From Candidatus Altimarinota bacterium (GTDB lineage: Bacteria > Patescibacteriota > Gracilibacteria > JBDHUY01), in contig JBDHUY010000023.1 of assembly GCA_039809385.1 (NCBI GenBank), positions 1-20,374 on the forward strand: a stretch of DNA of 20,374 bases, written 5' to 3'. The translations under genes and the position numbers were made by a program. Below, in pieces: positions 1-8,056 of the stretch. Below the pieces are notes generated by a model, which saw only the letters and a list, made by a program, of their open reading frames with translations, was not told where the DNA came from and did no database searches. Position 1 is the first letter of the stretch; each line of letters begins with the position of its first letter.

Positions 1-121
1 ACTCCAACAGTATGTCCATCTGATCAACAACCGTCCTCGAAAAAGACATAACTGGCTTACACCTTACGAACTTTTCTTCAACCACCTACCTTCATAGTTG
101 CACTTGACTCTGGAATCTAAG
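1..121 (+). mobile_element. Right end of an IS30-family insertion sequence (continues beyond the left window edge)
   Basis: Transposase C-terminus at 2-97 followed by AGTTGCACTTGACTCTGGAATCTAAG (96-121), which resembles the IS30 terminal inverted repeat (TGTTGCGTTGACCAATTGAATCTACA). Exact end uncertain by 1-2 nt. Confidence 0.85.
2..97 (+). CDS. IS30-family transposase, C-terminal fragment (5'-partial)
   Basis: Frame +2 reads LQQYVHLINNRPRKRHNWLTPYELFFNHLPS*; xNNRPRKxxxxxTPxE is the typical IS30 C-terminal motif. Not in the ORF track. Confidence 0.88.
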   Translation, partial: LQQYVHLINNRPRKRHNWLTPYELFFNHLPS

Positions 122-463
122 CCAAAATACATTGCCAAAATGCGTATCTCCCAGAGAAGTTTCTACATAGAAATATCTTCCATCCTTTTCTCCTTCGGAA
201 ATTATGGAAGAAACCGGAAAACCAAAATTTAGAAGTTTTCTGTGCAGATGTAATTCGGAAGAAATCAAATCTTTCGGGCCTATTCTCAAAAATGAATTTT
301 CGCCTCGATACACCGAAACGGGAGTATATGCTCTCGTCTTTACATGGGTAAATTGTTGTCCGTCCAGCTCGACTGTCTCTTCCGGAGTCTTTGAACTTTT
401 TGGATCAACAGTTGTCTCTGTTGAAATTCCATCCGGATATTTTTGTGAATTTTCTATAATCAT
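122..463 (-). pseudogene. APH/kinase-like phosphotransferase N-terminal lobe, truncated by the IS30 insertion
   Basis: ORF 92..463 has kinase N-lobe features (SELHLHRKL, GFPV, FYVETSLG) but no HxDxxxxN or DFG motifs; its last ~9 codons are read from the IS end. Confidence 0.65.
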
Positions 464-489
464 AAACCTGAAATTCTCTGAAGTTGTTG

Positions 490-1422
490 CTATTTAGTAT
501 AGCAGTCTTTCGGTTCTTTTACCATTGCCCCCCACCCGCCCTCCGGCAACCAGCGTTGCAAATCGCTCACCGCCCGAGCAAAACCCGGATGATCCGTTTT
601 GTGACCGGCGATCATCTCGGCATACGTAGCCAACGCTTGTACGATCGCCCAGATCTTGCAGGCCTCCAGATTTAGCTTGTATCCGGAAAGCCGTTCGTAT
701 TCCGCCACAGCTGCCTCAAGAACGGTTTCGTTGATTCGATACATTTGGCGCAGTTCTTGTTCGGGCCTGCCAATATTCGTATCGCCGAAATCCAGAATAC
801 CCGCCAGCTCCGCGTTTTCAAACAGCAGGTTCTCCATATGCAAATCGTCATGCAAAACAACAGTGGGGGTGGTATAGGCCTGCTCTCTCCATCTATGGTA
901 ATACGCTTTGGCGAGGCTGTCCTGATCCGGTGTCGGAAATTCGTGTTGATTCAGATATTTATCAAGATGCACATCCCAGGGCTGCTCCGCCTGAGCGTCC
1001 AGCCCCCATGTCCCGCGATACTCCCGCGCACGCTGTACCGACAACAGCGAGTGCATGGCAAAGGCAAAACGAGCGATATCTCTCCCAATCTTTTTTTGGC
1101 GCACTTCCGGAAAACCACTGATCTCGCGCCACGTGATATGCTCACCCCGCACAAAGCTGGTAACCAGATACGGAGGATCCTCTCCGGCTCCCAGCACCCG
1201 CGGAATAGCTATGCTTTCCAAAGAAGCCAGATCCGACAACACCAGCCGCTCGTACTGGCTGCGCAGATAGGCGCTGTGCATACGCGGAAATCTGACTGCG
1301 AACCGGTCGTCCACCAGTCCGACCAGATTGTCATACCCATGCTCGACAAAACGAATGCTTTGAGCATGAGGATAGAGCTCTCTCAGAATATGTTCGGCCG
1401 ATTCCTGCGTAGCGAAGTTCAT
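490..1422 (-). CDS. Aminoglycoside phosphotransferase (APH)/choline kinase family protein
   Basis: GYDN P-loop region, HDDLHMENLL catalytic motif and ILDFGD motif; 310 aa. Confidence 0.9.
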   Translation of the reverse strand: MNFATQESAEHILRELYPHAQSIRFVEHGYDNLVGLVDDRFAVRFPRMHSAYLRSQYERLVLSDLASLESIAIPRVLGAGEDPPYLVTSFVRGEHITWREISGFPEVRQKKIGRDIARFAFAMHSLLSVQRAREYRGTWGLDAQAEQPWDVHLDKYLNQHEFPTPDQDSLAKAYYHRWREQAYTTPTVVLHDDLHMENLLFENAELAGILDFGDTNIGRPEQELRQMYRINETVLEAAVAEYERLSGYKLNLEACKIWAIVQALATYAEMIAGHKTDHPGFARAVSDLQRWLPEGGWGAMVKEPKDCYTK

Positions 1423-1510
1423 CGTGCTGCCCGTGAGTTTTTAACCCAAATTACAAAATAGGTATGCTGAGTACATAACTTCTCGGAGCCGTCACTGCGA
1501 AGAAGCTGAG

Positions 1511-1707
1511 AATATGGCGGTAGCCGAGATACGTACTAGGCAAAGTGATCTCCTCTCCTACAGGCGTCGGGTCTTATACAAAAACAGAGATTTTCCTGCC
1601 TTTACAGTCATGATAGCGAATACTCCCATCTTTCTCAATTCTGCCAACCTTAAAAAGACATCAGAAAGATCTAATATCTTCGTACGTATCTCGGTATAGA
1701 TGCTATT
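1511..1707. other. Long intergenic rod-like inverted-repeat element (candidate structured ncRNA or MITE-like element)
   Basis: Perfect 13-bp inverted repeat CCGAGATACGTAC (1524-1536) / GTACGTATCTCGG (1682-1694) with nested inner helices; no credible ORF. Confidence 0.55.
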
Positions 1708-1740
1708 GTGTCTGTATCGCCTTAAGTTTCTATGCCACCG

Positions 1741-2172
1741 CTACCATGACAGTTTCTTCGCGATGTATTTGCTGAAAAACATAACCAGCGTCTTTTCCAA
1801 CTCTTGTTCCTTAAAGTACTTATAATAGTCCGATCCCTCGACACCCGAAAATACATCCGATTCCGGAAATGCCAGGGTAAACGTCATAATTTGGTCTTGC
1901 ATCAACCGTGGCATCGCCTGAATCGTAGACTGTAGCCGGTAGTACACCTGAATAAACGTCTTCCCCGAGGTCTCATCATAGCGCACCGTCACCGCCGCCT
2001 GTTGCGGATCGATATACATATCGGGCATGAAACTGCGCCAGCTTACCAGATGACCAGTCAGTCTCTCCAGAAACTGTCGTTTCGCTTCCTTGGGCATCCC
2101 GTCGCCGTGTTCTATCAGTTCCATGTATATGCCGGTATTTATTTTGTTTAAAGATCTTTCTTCTCTTTCCAT
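1741..2172 (-). CDS. Hypothetical protein
   Basis: Open frame of protein-like composition, co-oriented with the APH gene; ATG at 2172 preferred over the TTG at 2223. No motif recognised. Confidence 0.7.
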   Translation of the reverse strand: MEREERSLNKINTGIYMELIEHGDGMPKEAKRQFLERLTGHLVSWRSFMPDMYIDPQQAAVTVRYDETSGKTFIQVYYRLQSTIQAMPRLMQDQIMTFTLAFPESDVFSGVEGSDYYKYFKEQELEKTLVMFFSKYIAKKLSW

Positions 2173-2345
2173 GTTATTCGAACAAGTTATACAAATAAAT
2201 CTGCCCGTCCGATTCCCAGTCAAAGGATTTTATGTTTTTTTTAACAATTCGCAAGAGATTTTTTGCTTTGCTTCTTGGAGAGATGCTATTTTTTGTTTTC
2301 AGAAAGGCTTAAAACTCGTTTTTTGGATAAAACTTGTAATAGATC

Positions 2346-2374
2346 TTGCACGCTCTTCGTTCTTGGTATATGAT
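2346..2374 (+). promoter_or_regulatory. Sigma70-type promoter for the C26 hydrolase gene
   Basis: TTGCAC-N17-TATGAT, 65 nt upstream of the ATG at 2440. Confidence 0.55.
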
Positions 2375-2439
2375 CCTGCGCCGATGCTTCCGGAACGAAT
2401 ATTGTCTTTCCGGGAAATGGTTATCCTAACAGTCTTGCT

Positions 2440-3189
2440 ATGAAAAAAGTACTCATCCCCATGGCCACGCCACCCAAAAAAAACGGTCAGCCCGATACTA
2501 TCCACGGCGTCCGGTACACCTATGCCGACAAAGTTGCGCATCTTGGATTGCTGCCAATCTTCATTTCTCCGGTGTTTAAAGAAGCTATGGTCGAGTACCT
2601 TTACCAGCAGGCTTCCGGGATCCTCTTTATGGGAGGCAGCGATATCCATCCGAAGCACTATGGAGAAGAAGTCGGTCCGCATACTCAACCCCACGAACCG
2701 CAGCGGGATCTGCTGGAACTGCATATTGTACGAAAAGCGCTTGCCGATAAGAAACCTTTTCTGGGAATTTGTCGCGGACATCAAATGCTGGCTATCGGTG
2801 GAGGCGGCACATTGTATCAGCATTTGCCCGATATCGTCCCTGAGGAAGAGCATGGACTGGGGGAGGGGGCCGAATATGAAGATCTGCTGCATAGCTACCG
2901 CCATACTATCCTGATCGAAGAAGGCAGCCGCTTACATCAAATCGTTGGTACGAAACAGATCGAAACGAACTCGGCTCATCATCAGGGCATAAAAACGCTC
3001 GGGCCGGATATGGTTGTTTCGGCTTCCTCGCAAAAAGGCGTGATCGAAGCGATCGAACATATCGATTCCGACTATTTCTGTATGGGATTGCAGTGCCACC
3101 CCGAAGTGTTGCACGAAGAGCCTCTGAATAACGTGTTTACGCATTTTGCGAATGCGGTGGAATCGTATACGCTGCCGGGGGGAGTGTAG
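2440..3189 (+). CDS. Gamma-glutamyl-gamma-aminobutyrate hydrolase-like protein (peptidase C26, class I glutamine amidotransferase fold)
   Basis: GGSDIHP, nucleophile elbow GICRGHQ, NSAHHQG and QCHPE (Cys-His-Glu triad). Confidence 0.93.
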   Translation: MKKVLIPMATPPKKNGQPDTIHGVRYTYADKVAHLGLLPIFISPVFKEAMVEYLYQQASGILFMGGSDIHPKHYGEEVGPHTQPHEPQRDLLELHIVRKALADKKPFLGICRGHQMLAIGGGGTLYQHLPDIVPEEEHGLGEGAEYEDLLHSYRHTILIEEGSRLHQIVGTKQIETNSAHHQGIKTLGPDMVVSASSQKGVIEAIEHIDSDYFCMGLQCHPEVLHEEPLNNVFTHFANAVESYTLPGGV

Positions 3190-3265
3190 GCGTAACCGCA
3201 AGCAAACACATAGATCGCTACGCTCCTATTCTGATTTTAAAGTTTCCTTACGTTCATCTTCGGAT

Positions 3266-4252
3266 TTAATTGATCATGTTCAGAATGTCTTCGATCTCCT
3301 CCGACGCCGCTTGGATGAAATACGCAATCTCTCTCTTGTCGAAACGGATCTCTTCGTATCGTCTGAGGCGGTTGGCAACATTGTATTCTGCCAGCAGCCT
3401 TTCAACCTGCCAGGTGCGCGGCAGATGAAGGTTGCACGGCATAAGCTCCTTTCTTTTTTCTCCGTTCTCTCCCACGATAGTTACGAATTCCTGTGAAAGA
3501 GCTTCTTCATATATTTCCCGTATCCGAAGGCAAACGAGCAGGCGGATCTTTTCAACTCTCAAGGCTAGACGCTCTTCACGGGATCGTTTTTGGCGCGGCA
3601 GCTCCCAAATCCTGCGAAGCCTCTCAAACAGTTCTTCCCAAGAATCCAGACTCGTAGCTATGCCTATATCGCAAGATGACAGTACGGTGAAATGTTCGTA
3701 ATCGGTAGGCTGTGTTTCGATCTGCTGTACCGTTAGTCGTCCTTGGGTGTTTTGGTAGTAAGCGTTTGAGGCAAGGAATTCCTCTTGTACCATATCAACA
3801 AACTGTGCGATTACTGTGCGGATATGCTCCGCGTCTTTGAAGACGGAATTTGCCTGACCGAGAACCACATATTCCACTCCCCGGCAGAATTGTTCGAATT
3901 GAATCTCCTTGGGTACTGATAGTAAAGAGACCCGGGTTTTCTGGGCAGCTTGTATGCGACAGTTATATTCTTTCACATATCGTAGGATTTCGGCCCGCAA
4001 AACCAGTTGCACATAGGCGAAAAATTTGCGGTCCAGTTCGGGCTCCTCCATGAGTTGTGTCGTTGAGAAGGTTCCAGTGTTTTGGGTGCTTCGCCAAATA
4101 GGCCGACTGGTGATGCAGTTTCCGAATTTCTTTCGCCCTTCTCTCAGTTGCGATTGCTGTGCGTCCGTTAATTCCATCTCCTTTTTGTCATCCAATCGTC
4201 GTGGTGTATCGATCGGCTCGTACGGTTCCAGTAGTTCGGGAAATATCCTCAT
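3266..4252 (-). CDS. Hypothetical protein, 328 aa, charged and probably helical
   Basis: Long ORF filling the interval between two + strand genes; no recognisable motif. Confidence 0.75.
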   Translation of the reverse strand: MRIFPELLEPYEPIDTPRRLDDKKEMELTDAQQSQLREGRKKFGNCITSRPIWRSTQNTGTFSTTQLMEEPELDRKFFAYVQLVLRAEILRYVKEYNCRIQAAQKTRVSLLSVPKEIQFEQFCRGVEYVVLGQANSVFKDAEHIRTVIAQFVDMVQEEFLASNAYYQNTQGRLTVQQIETQPTDYEHFTVLSSCDIGIATSLDSWEELFERLRRIWELPRQKRSREERLALRVEKIRLLVCLRIREIYEEALSQEFVTIVGENGEKRKELMPCNLHLPRTWQVERLLAEYNVANRLRRYEEIRFDKREIAYFIQAASEEIEDILNMIN

Positions 4253-4604
4253 TGTGCCGTGTCTTGATAGGTTAATTTTTTGTTGGCATCATGATAGTAA
4301 TTTTTATCAGTTTGTCGAGCGGTATACTTCTTCGATCTTATAATGCAACAAGACTGGTCATTTCTTTCCATCCGTGGCCATGAAAGGCCCGAGCAAGGGA
4401 TCTCCCTGTTGGGTATTACAGCAGTTACTGGATCCTTTTTTTGTTGAGTTTGCGAGGCCTACCTTATTTGCTTACTTTATAGATAGCCTGCATTACGAAA
4501 TAGATGTATGATCAATGTTGGGTTGGGAGAATTACCCTGCGTTTGCCCTAACTCCGGGCTTCCAACTTCTAACTCCTGACTAAGTACTTTGTCCTGACGA
4601 CTTT

Positions 4605-5219
4605 ATGCACCATATCATCCGCCATTTTGAGCAAAACGATCCGCTGCTGGCGCCGTATGTCCGAAGACTTGAAATGAAAGACGGCTTGCAATCGGTCGAA
4701 CCGTCGCAATATTTCGTTCAGTTGTGTCGGGAAATCGTCGGACAGCAGCTTTCGGGCAAAGCGGCCAAGGCCATTTATACGCGCTTTACTGTCATTTTCC
4801 CGCAAGGACAAATCACGCCCGAAGCGCTACTGGCTTTTTCTCATGAAGAGCTGCGCGCTACCGGCATCTCTAATGCCAAAGCCCGCTATGTCCGCAATAT
4901 TGCCGAAGCGGTCGTGGCCGGCGAGTTACCGTTCGAACATTTCCCGCGACTCTCCGACGAAGAGGTTGTCCGGGTGCTCACCAAAGTCAAAGGGATCGGC
5001 GCCTGGACGTCGGAGATGTTTCTGATGTTCACGCTGGGGCGCGAAAATGTTTTTTCGTTCGGCGATCTGGGTTTACAGAAAGGAATCAAGCATCTCTACC
5101 GTTTCAAAACGATTCCGCCGCGTCCAAAACTCGAAAAACTACTGGCCAAATGGCATCCCTATCGAACCTATGCCGCCCTAGCCTTGTGGAGTGTGGTGGA
5201 TGGTGGGGGAGATGCATGA
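4605..5219 (+). CDS. DNA-3-methyladenine glycosylase II (AlkA/Mag-like, HhH-GPD superfamily)
   Basis: IVGQQLS, HhH motif LTKVKGIGAWTSEM, catalytic GDLG and WHPYRT. Confidence 0.93.
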   Translation: MHHIIRHFEQNDPLLAPYVRRLEMKDGLQSVEPSQYFVQLCREIVGQQLSGKAAKAIYTRFTVIFPQGQITPEALLAFSHEELRATGISNAKARYVRNIAEAVVAGELPFEHFPRLSDEEVVRVLTKVKGIGAWTSEMFLMFTLGRENVFSFGDLGLQKGIKHLYRFKTIPPRPKLEKLLAKWHPYRTYAALALWSVVDGGGDA

Positions 5220-5285
5220 TCTCGACTTGTCGGTTCGGTTCTTTTGGTTATGATCATTATGATCTATCTCTTCATCTTTTTTCCT

Positions 5286-6113
5286 ATGAAAACACGTAGT
5301 TTCGCGGTGGGAGTAATGCTAACTGCTATACTGGCTGCTTGTACATCTGCTCCTGGCGTGCCCTCTTCTCCGGGCAATTCCGCGTCTGCTCCCACAAGTA
5401 CCAATTCGCAAATCCTCAATCAGAATTCGGCTCCCGGCATGGCGGTGCGGACGCTGGACGCGAATTATTTTGAAAATACCAAGGGCTTTTTTGCCCAGCC
5501 TGACAAAGAGGGGAGTTATCCCGGGATTATCATGATCCATGAGTGGTGGGGGTTGAATGATCAGATCAAAGATACGGCCCGGATGCTGGCCGCGCGGGGC
5601 TATAATGTTTTGGCGGTTGATCTCTATAACGGCTTTGTGGCCAAGACGCCCGAAGAAGCCCGTGCGCAAGTTTCTTCACTCGATCAGGCCAAGGCTCTGC
5701 AAAATATGGCCGCCGCGAAAGCGTATTTAAAGGATAAGGGGGCAACCAAGCTGGCTTCGTGGGGATGGTGTTTCGGGGGAGGGCAGTCGATGCAACTGGC
5801 GCTCAATGATACCGAGCTGGCCGCCACGGTCATTTATTATGGAAACCTGGTTGACGACGAGACCAAATTACAAAATATCAAATGGCCGGTTCTAGGGATT
5901 TTCGGCGATAAAGATCAGTCGATCACGGTCGATAAGGTGCGTTCCTTTGAAACAGCCTTGAAGAAAGTGGGTATCACGAACGAAATCTATGTCTATCCGG
6001 GCGTGGGCCATGCGTTTGCCAATCCTTCGGGACAGAGCTATGCTCCTAACGAAACCAAGGATGCGTGGGAAAAAACGCTGAAATTTCTGGAGAAATACGT
6101 GAAAGAGGCCTAG
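5286..6113 (+). CDS. Dienelactone hydrolase family protein, probable lipoprotein
   Basis: IHEWWG, nucleophile GWCFGG, GHAFAN; N-terminal signal with lipobox LAAC and a Ser/Pro-rich linker. ATG at 5286 chosen as start. Confidence 0.92.
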   Translation: MKTRSFAVGVMLTAILAACTSAPGVPSSPGNSASAPTSTNSQILNQNSAPGMAVRTLDANYFENTKGFFAQPDKEGSYPGIIMIHEWWGLNDQIKDTARMLAARGYNVLAVDLYNGFVAKTPEEARAQVSSLDQAKALQNMAAAKAYLKDKGATKLASWGWCFGGGQSMQLALNDTELAATVIYYGNLVDDETKLQNIKWPVLGIFGDKDQSITVDKVRSFETALKKVGITNEIYVYPGVGHAFANPSGQSYAPNETKDAWEKTLKFLEKYVKEA

Positions 6114-6174
6114 TTCCTCATCTTTAAACGATCAAAAAAGTTGTTATATCACGATATTACCTTTTCCTTTTTCT

Positions 6175-6450
6175 ATGCGTGAATCTCTGACGATTACGAA
6201 CGGTCCGGATTTTGATACCGTAATGAAGAGCTTGTTTGATAGAATGGTCGTTGATTTTACTACCAGTACAGGTATAAGATTGTCTGGAGTTATAAACCAA
6301 TTAATTTTTTTAAATCCAGTAGAACCTCCAAATGTAGACTCCAGTACCTCCGAAGTCTCATATCGAATTGGCCTTGTCTCAGAAAACATACGGTATCAAA
6401 TTGACTATAATGTAAAAACGCTTACTGGGGTAATATCTAATGATAAATAG
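6175..6450 (+). CDS. Small hypothetical protein (AT-rich)
   Basis: 91-aa ORF co-oriented between two + strand genes with a pyrimidine-rich leader like neighbouring genes. Confidence 0.6.
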   Translation: MRESLTITNGPDFDTVMKSLFDRMVVDFTTSTGIRLSGVINQLIFLNPVEPPNVDSSTSEVSYRIGLVSENIRYQIDYNVKTLTGVISNDK

Positions 6451-6524
6451 ACATTTAAACTCTTGTTTCTCTGTGTGTAGATTGCTGAAATGTACTACTA
6501 TTACCTGTACCATAAAATCCATCT

Positions 6525-7019
6525 ATGGATACTATTCTTACTATTCGTCCCTACCGTACCGAGGACCGCTCCCGGTTGATCGAGTGTATGGAGACTTTTC
6601 AGGATTATCTGGTGGGGCTGGACTCGTTCAAACTTATGCACCGGCTTCCCGAGTACGGGGAAGGCTATACCAACTGGCTTTTGACCCGTATTGACGAGCA
6701 ACACGGTCAGATTTTTTTCGCCGAAACAGATGGTAGAGTCGTTGGTCTGGTAGCGGGTGTTATCGAAGAGCAGGGAGAGAAACAAAAATTGGAAGATATT
6801 CCGTACCTTGAAGGGCACGTTTTAGACCTCTTTGTCGAAGCATCCTCGCGCGGCCAGGGGATCGGAACAAAACTCATGCGGCACCTGGAAGAATACTTTC
6901 GCTCCAGAAACTGTACAGTTCTCAGTATCGGCGTGATGTCGGATAATCCGCTGGCCCATAAACTCTATCAGAAGCTGGGTTATCGCGATCGCGATGTCTA
7001 TATGGTAAAGAGAGTATAA
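6525..7019 (+). CDS. GNAT family N-acetyltransferase
   Basis: Acetyl-CoA motif A (LFVEASSRGQGIGTKLM) and motif B (NPLAHKLYQKLGY). Confidence 0.93.
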   Translation: MDTILTIRPYRTEDRSRLIECMETFQDYLVGLDSFKLMHRLPEYGEGYTNWLLTRIDEQHGQIFFAETDGRVVGLVAGVIEEQGEKQKLEDIPYLEGHVLDLFVEASSRGQGIGTKLMRHLEEYFRSRNCTVLSIGVMSDNPLAHKLYQKLGYRDRDVYMVKRV

Positions 7020-7087
7020 TTTTCTACCGTAAACAGATTTTGTAAGGCTACACTGCTCGACGGAACCTATAAAAAAGCTAAGGTACA

Positions 7088-7119
7088 AGGATCGGCTTTT
7101 GCAAAGCCCGATCTTTTTT
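7088..7119 (+). terminator. Probable intrinsic terminator
   Basis: Imperfect stem GATCGGCTTT / AAAGCCCGATC followed by a T run, downstream of the GNAT gene. Confidence 0.55.
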
Positions 7120-7170
7120 ATTTCCTTCCTGAAAGTTTTATAATTCCTACTAGTTCTTTACTTACCACTC

Positions 7171-7400
7171 ATGACAATCTATCGTTTCCAATCACATTAT
7201 TACACAAGATGAAGATGGCTTGCTGATGGCACAGACCCCCTACGATGCCGGGATGTCACACACAAGCCCGTGACTTGATGGCCCTCAATCAGCGTATGAA
7301 AGAAGCTATAGAGCTCTATCTCGAAGTCCATAAAAAGCAGAAAAGACGTCTATCGCGTGAAAAGTTTTTAGGGGTTCATCAAGTGGAAGTCACTACCTGA
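7171..7400 (+). pseudogene. hicB: HicB-family antitoxin, frameshifted
   Basis: Pieces MTIYRF / ITQDEDGLLMAQTP / TMPGCHTQARDLMALNQRMKEAIELYLE...FLGVHQVEV lie in different frames (two shifts, one at a C5 run). DEDG-PGCHTQ-KEAIELYL is the HicB signature. Confidence 0.85.
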
Positions 7401-7403
7401 AGT

Positions 7404-7631
7404 ATGCCAAAATTACCCCTGATTTCCGGCAAGAATTTCGTAAAACTTCTTGAAAAATATGGGTTTCAGATTGTACGTCAAAAAGACAGCCATGTCTTCA
7501 TGATGAGCCCTGATAAATGAAGTTCATCTGTCATTCCCGTACATGCCAACGAGGATCTTGGAAAAGGATTATTGAAGGCTATTTTGAACAATTTCCAAAT
7601 GAGCGTCGAAGCATTCGTAAAAATGAAATAA
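7404..7631 (+). pseudogene. hicA: HicA-family mRNA interferase toxin with internal stop codon
   Basis: MPKLPLISGKNFVKLLEKYGFQIVRQKDSHVFMMSPDK*SSSVIPVHANEDLGKGLLKAIL...; in-frame TGA at 7518-7520 and the usual GSH motif reads DSH. Confidence 0.88.
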
Positions 7632-7641
7632 AGGCTCTTGC

Positions 7642-7914
7642 TTATCCAAATATCCTCGTAAACATTTCCGCATAATACTGTGGCCAGGGTGTATCCGCTC
7701 CGGCTTGTTGGTATTGCCGGTCGGCCTCTACCAGCAACCAGACCAGCTCGCTCTTGGTGTACTCTTTCGAAGCATAAACTTTTAACTTTTCGTACAAATA
7801 GTCGGCATACCAGATCGGCCATTCGGCGTCTTCGCCGTCAGTTTCGATGTAGGCCTGATGGTGCGCCGTACCGGTACTTTGAAACAACGAGGCGAGTTCT
7901 TGGGCATTATCCAT
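7642..7914 (-). CDS. Small hypothetical protein (90 aa)
   Basis: Protein-like ORF (HHQAYIETDGEDAEWPIWYADYL ... WPQYYA) downstream of and co-oriented with erm. Confidence 0.8.
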   Translation of the reverse strand: MDNAQELASLFQSTGTAHHQAYIETDGEDAEWPIWYADYLYEKLKVYASKEYTKSELVWLLVEADRQYQQAGADTPWPQYYAEMFTRIFG

Positions 7915-8056
7915 TGGAAAGGGGGTAAAGAACTAAAAGTTTACAGATCGATTTTTTCCGTTATCCTGGCTTGCTTGTCGCGCCAAGGGCGGTGGTCCAG
8001 GATCCGGTTTCGGGAAGGACAACCCGTATGGCTCGTAGTGAGAAAGAACATCACGT

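Noticed and set aside
745-1461. 238-aa + strand ORF, and similar antisense ORFs at 2299-2904, 8801-9304, 11485-12048, 15252-15737 and 19133-19612
   Set aside because: They are shadows of well-supported genes on the opposite strand and have no motifs of their own.
1524-1694. Retron msr-msd (a1/a2 inverted repeats)
   Set aside because: No reverse transcriptase gene nearby in the window.
7040-7085. preQ1-I riboswitch-like tail (CCTATAAAAAAGCTAAGG) before a terminator
   Set aside because: No proper P1 stem or loop sequence able to pair with the tail, and no queuosine-related gene downstream.
7518-7520. In-frame TGA in hicA (and the TGA between ltaE and the in-frame Nudix gene) as evidence for UGA=Gly recoding (code 25)
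   Set aside because: All long conserved genes are free of internal TGA and several end at TGA at the expected family C-terminus (alkA-like, ATPase, ATP-grasp, femAB). hicA and hicB carry other lesions, so a nonsense mutation is the simpler reading.
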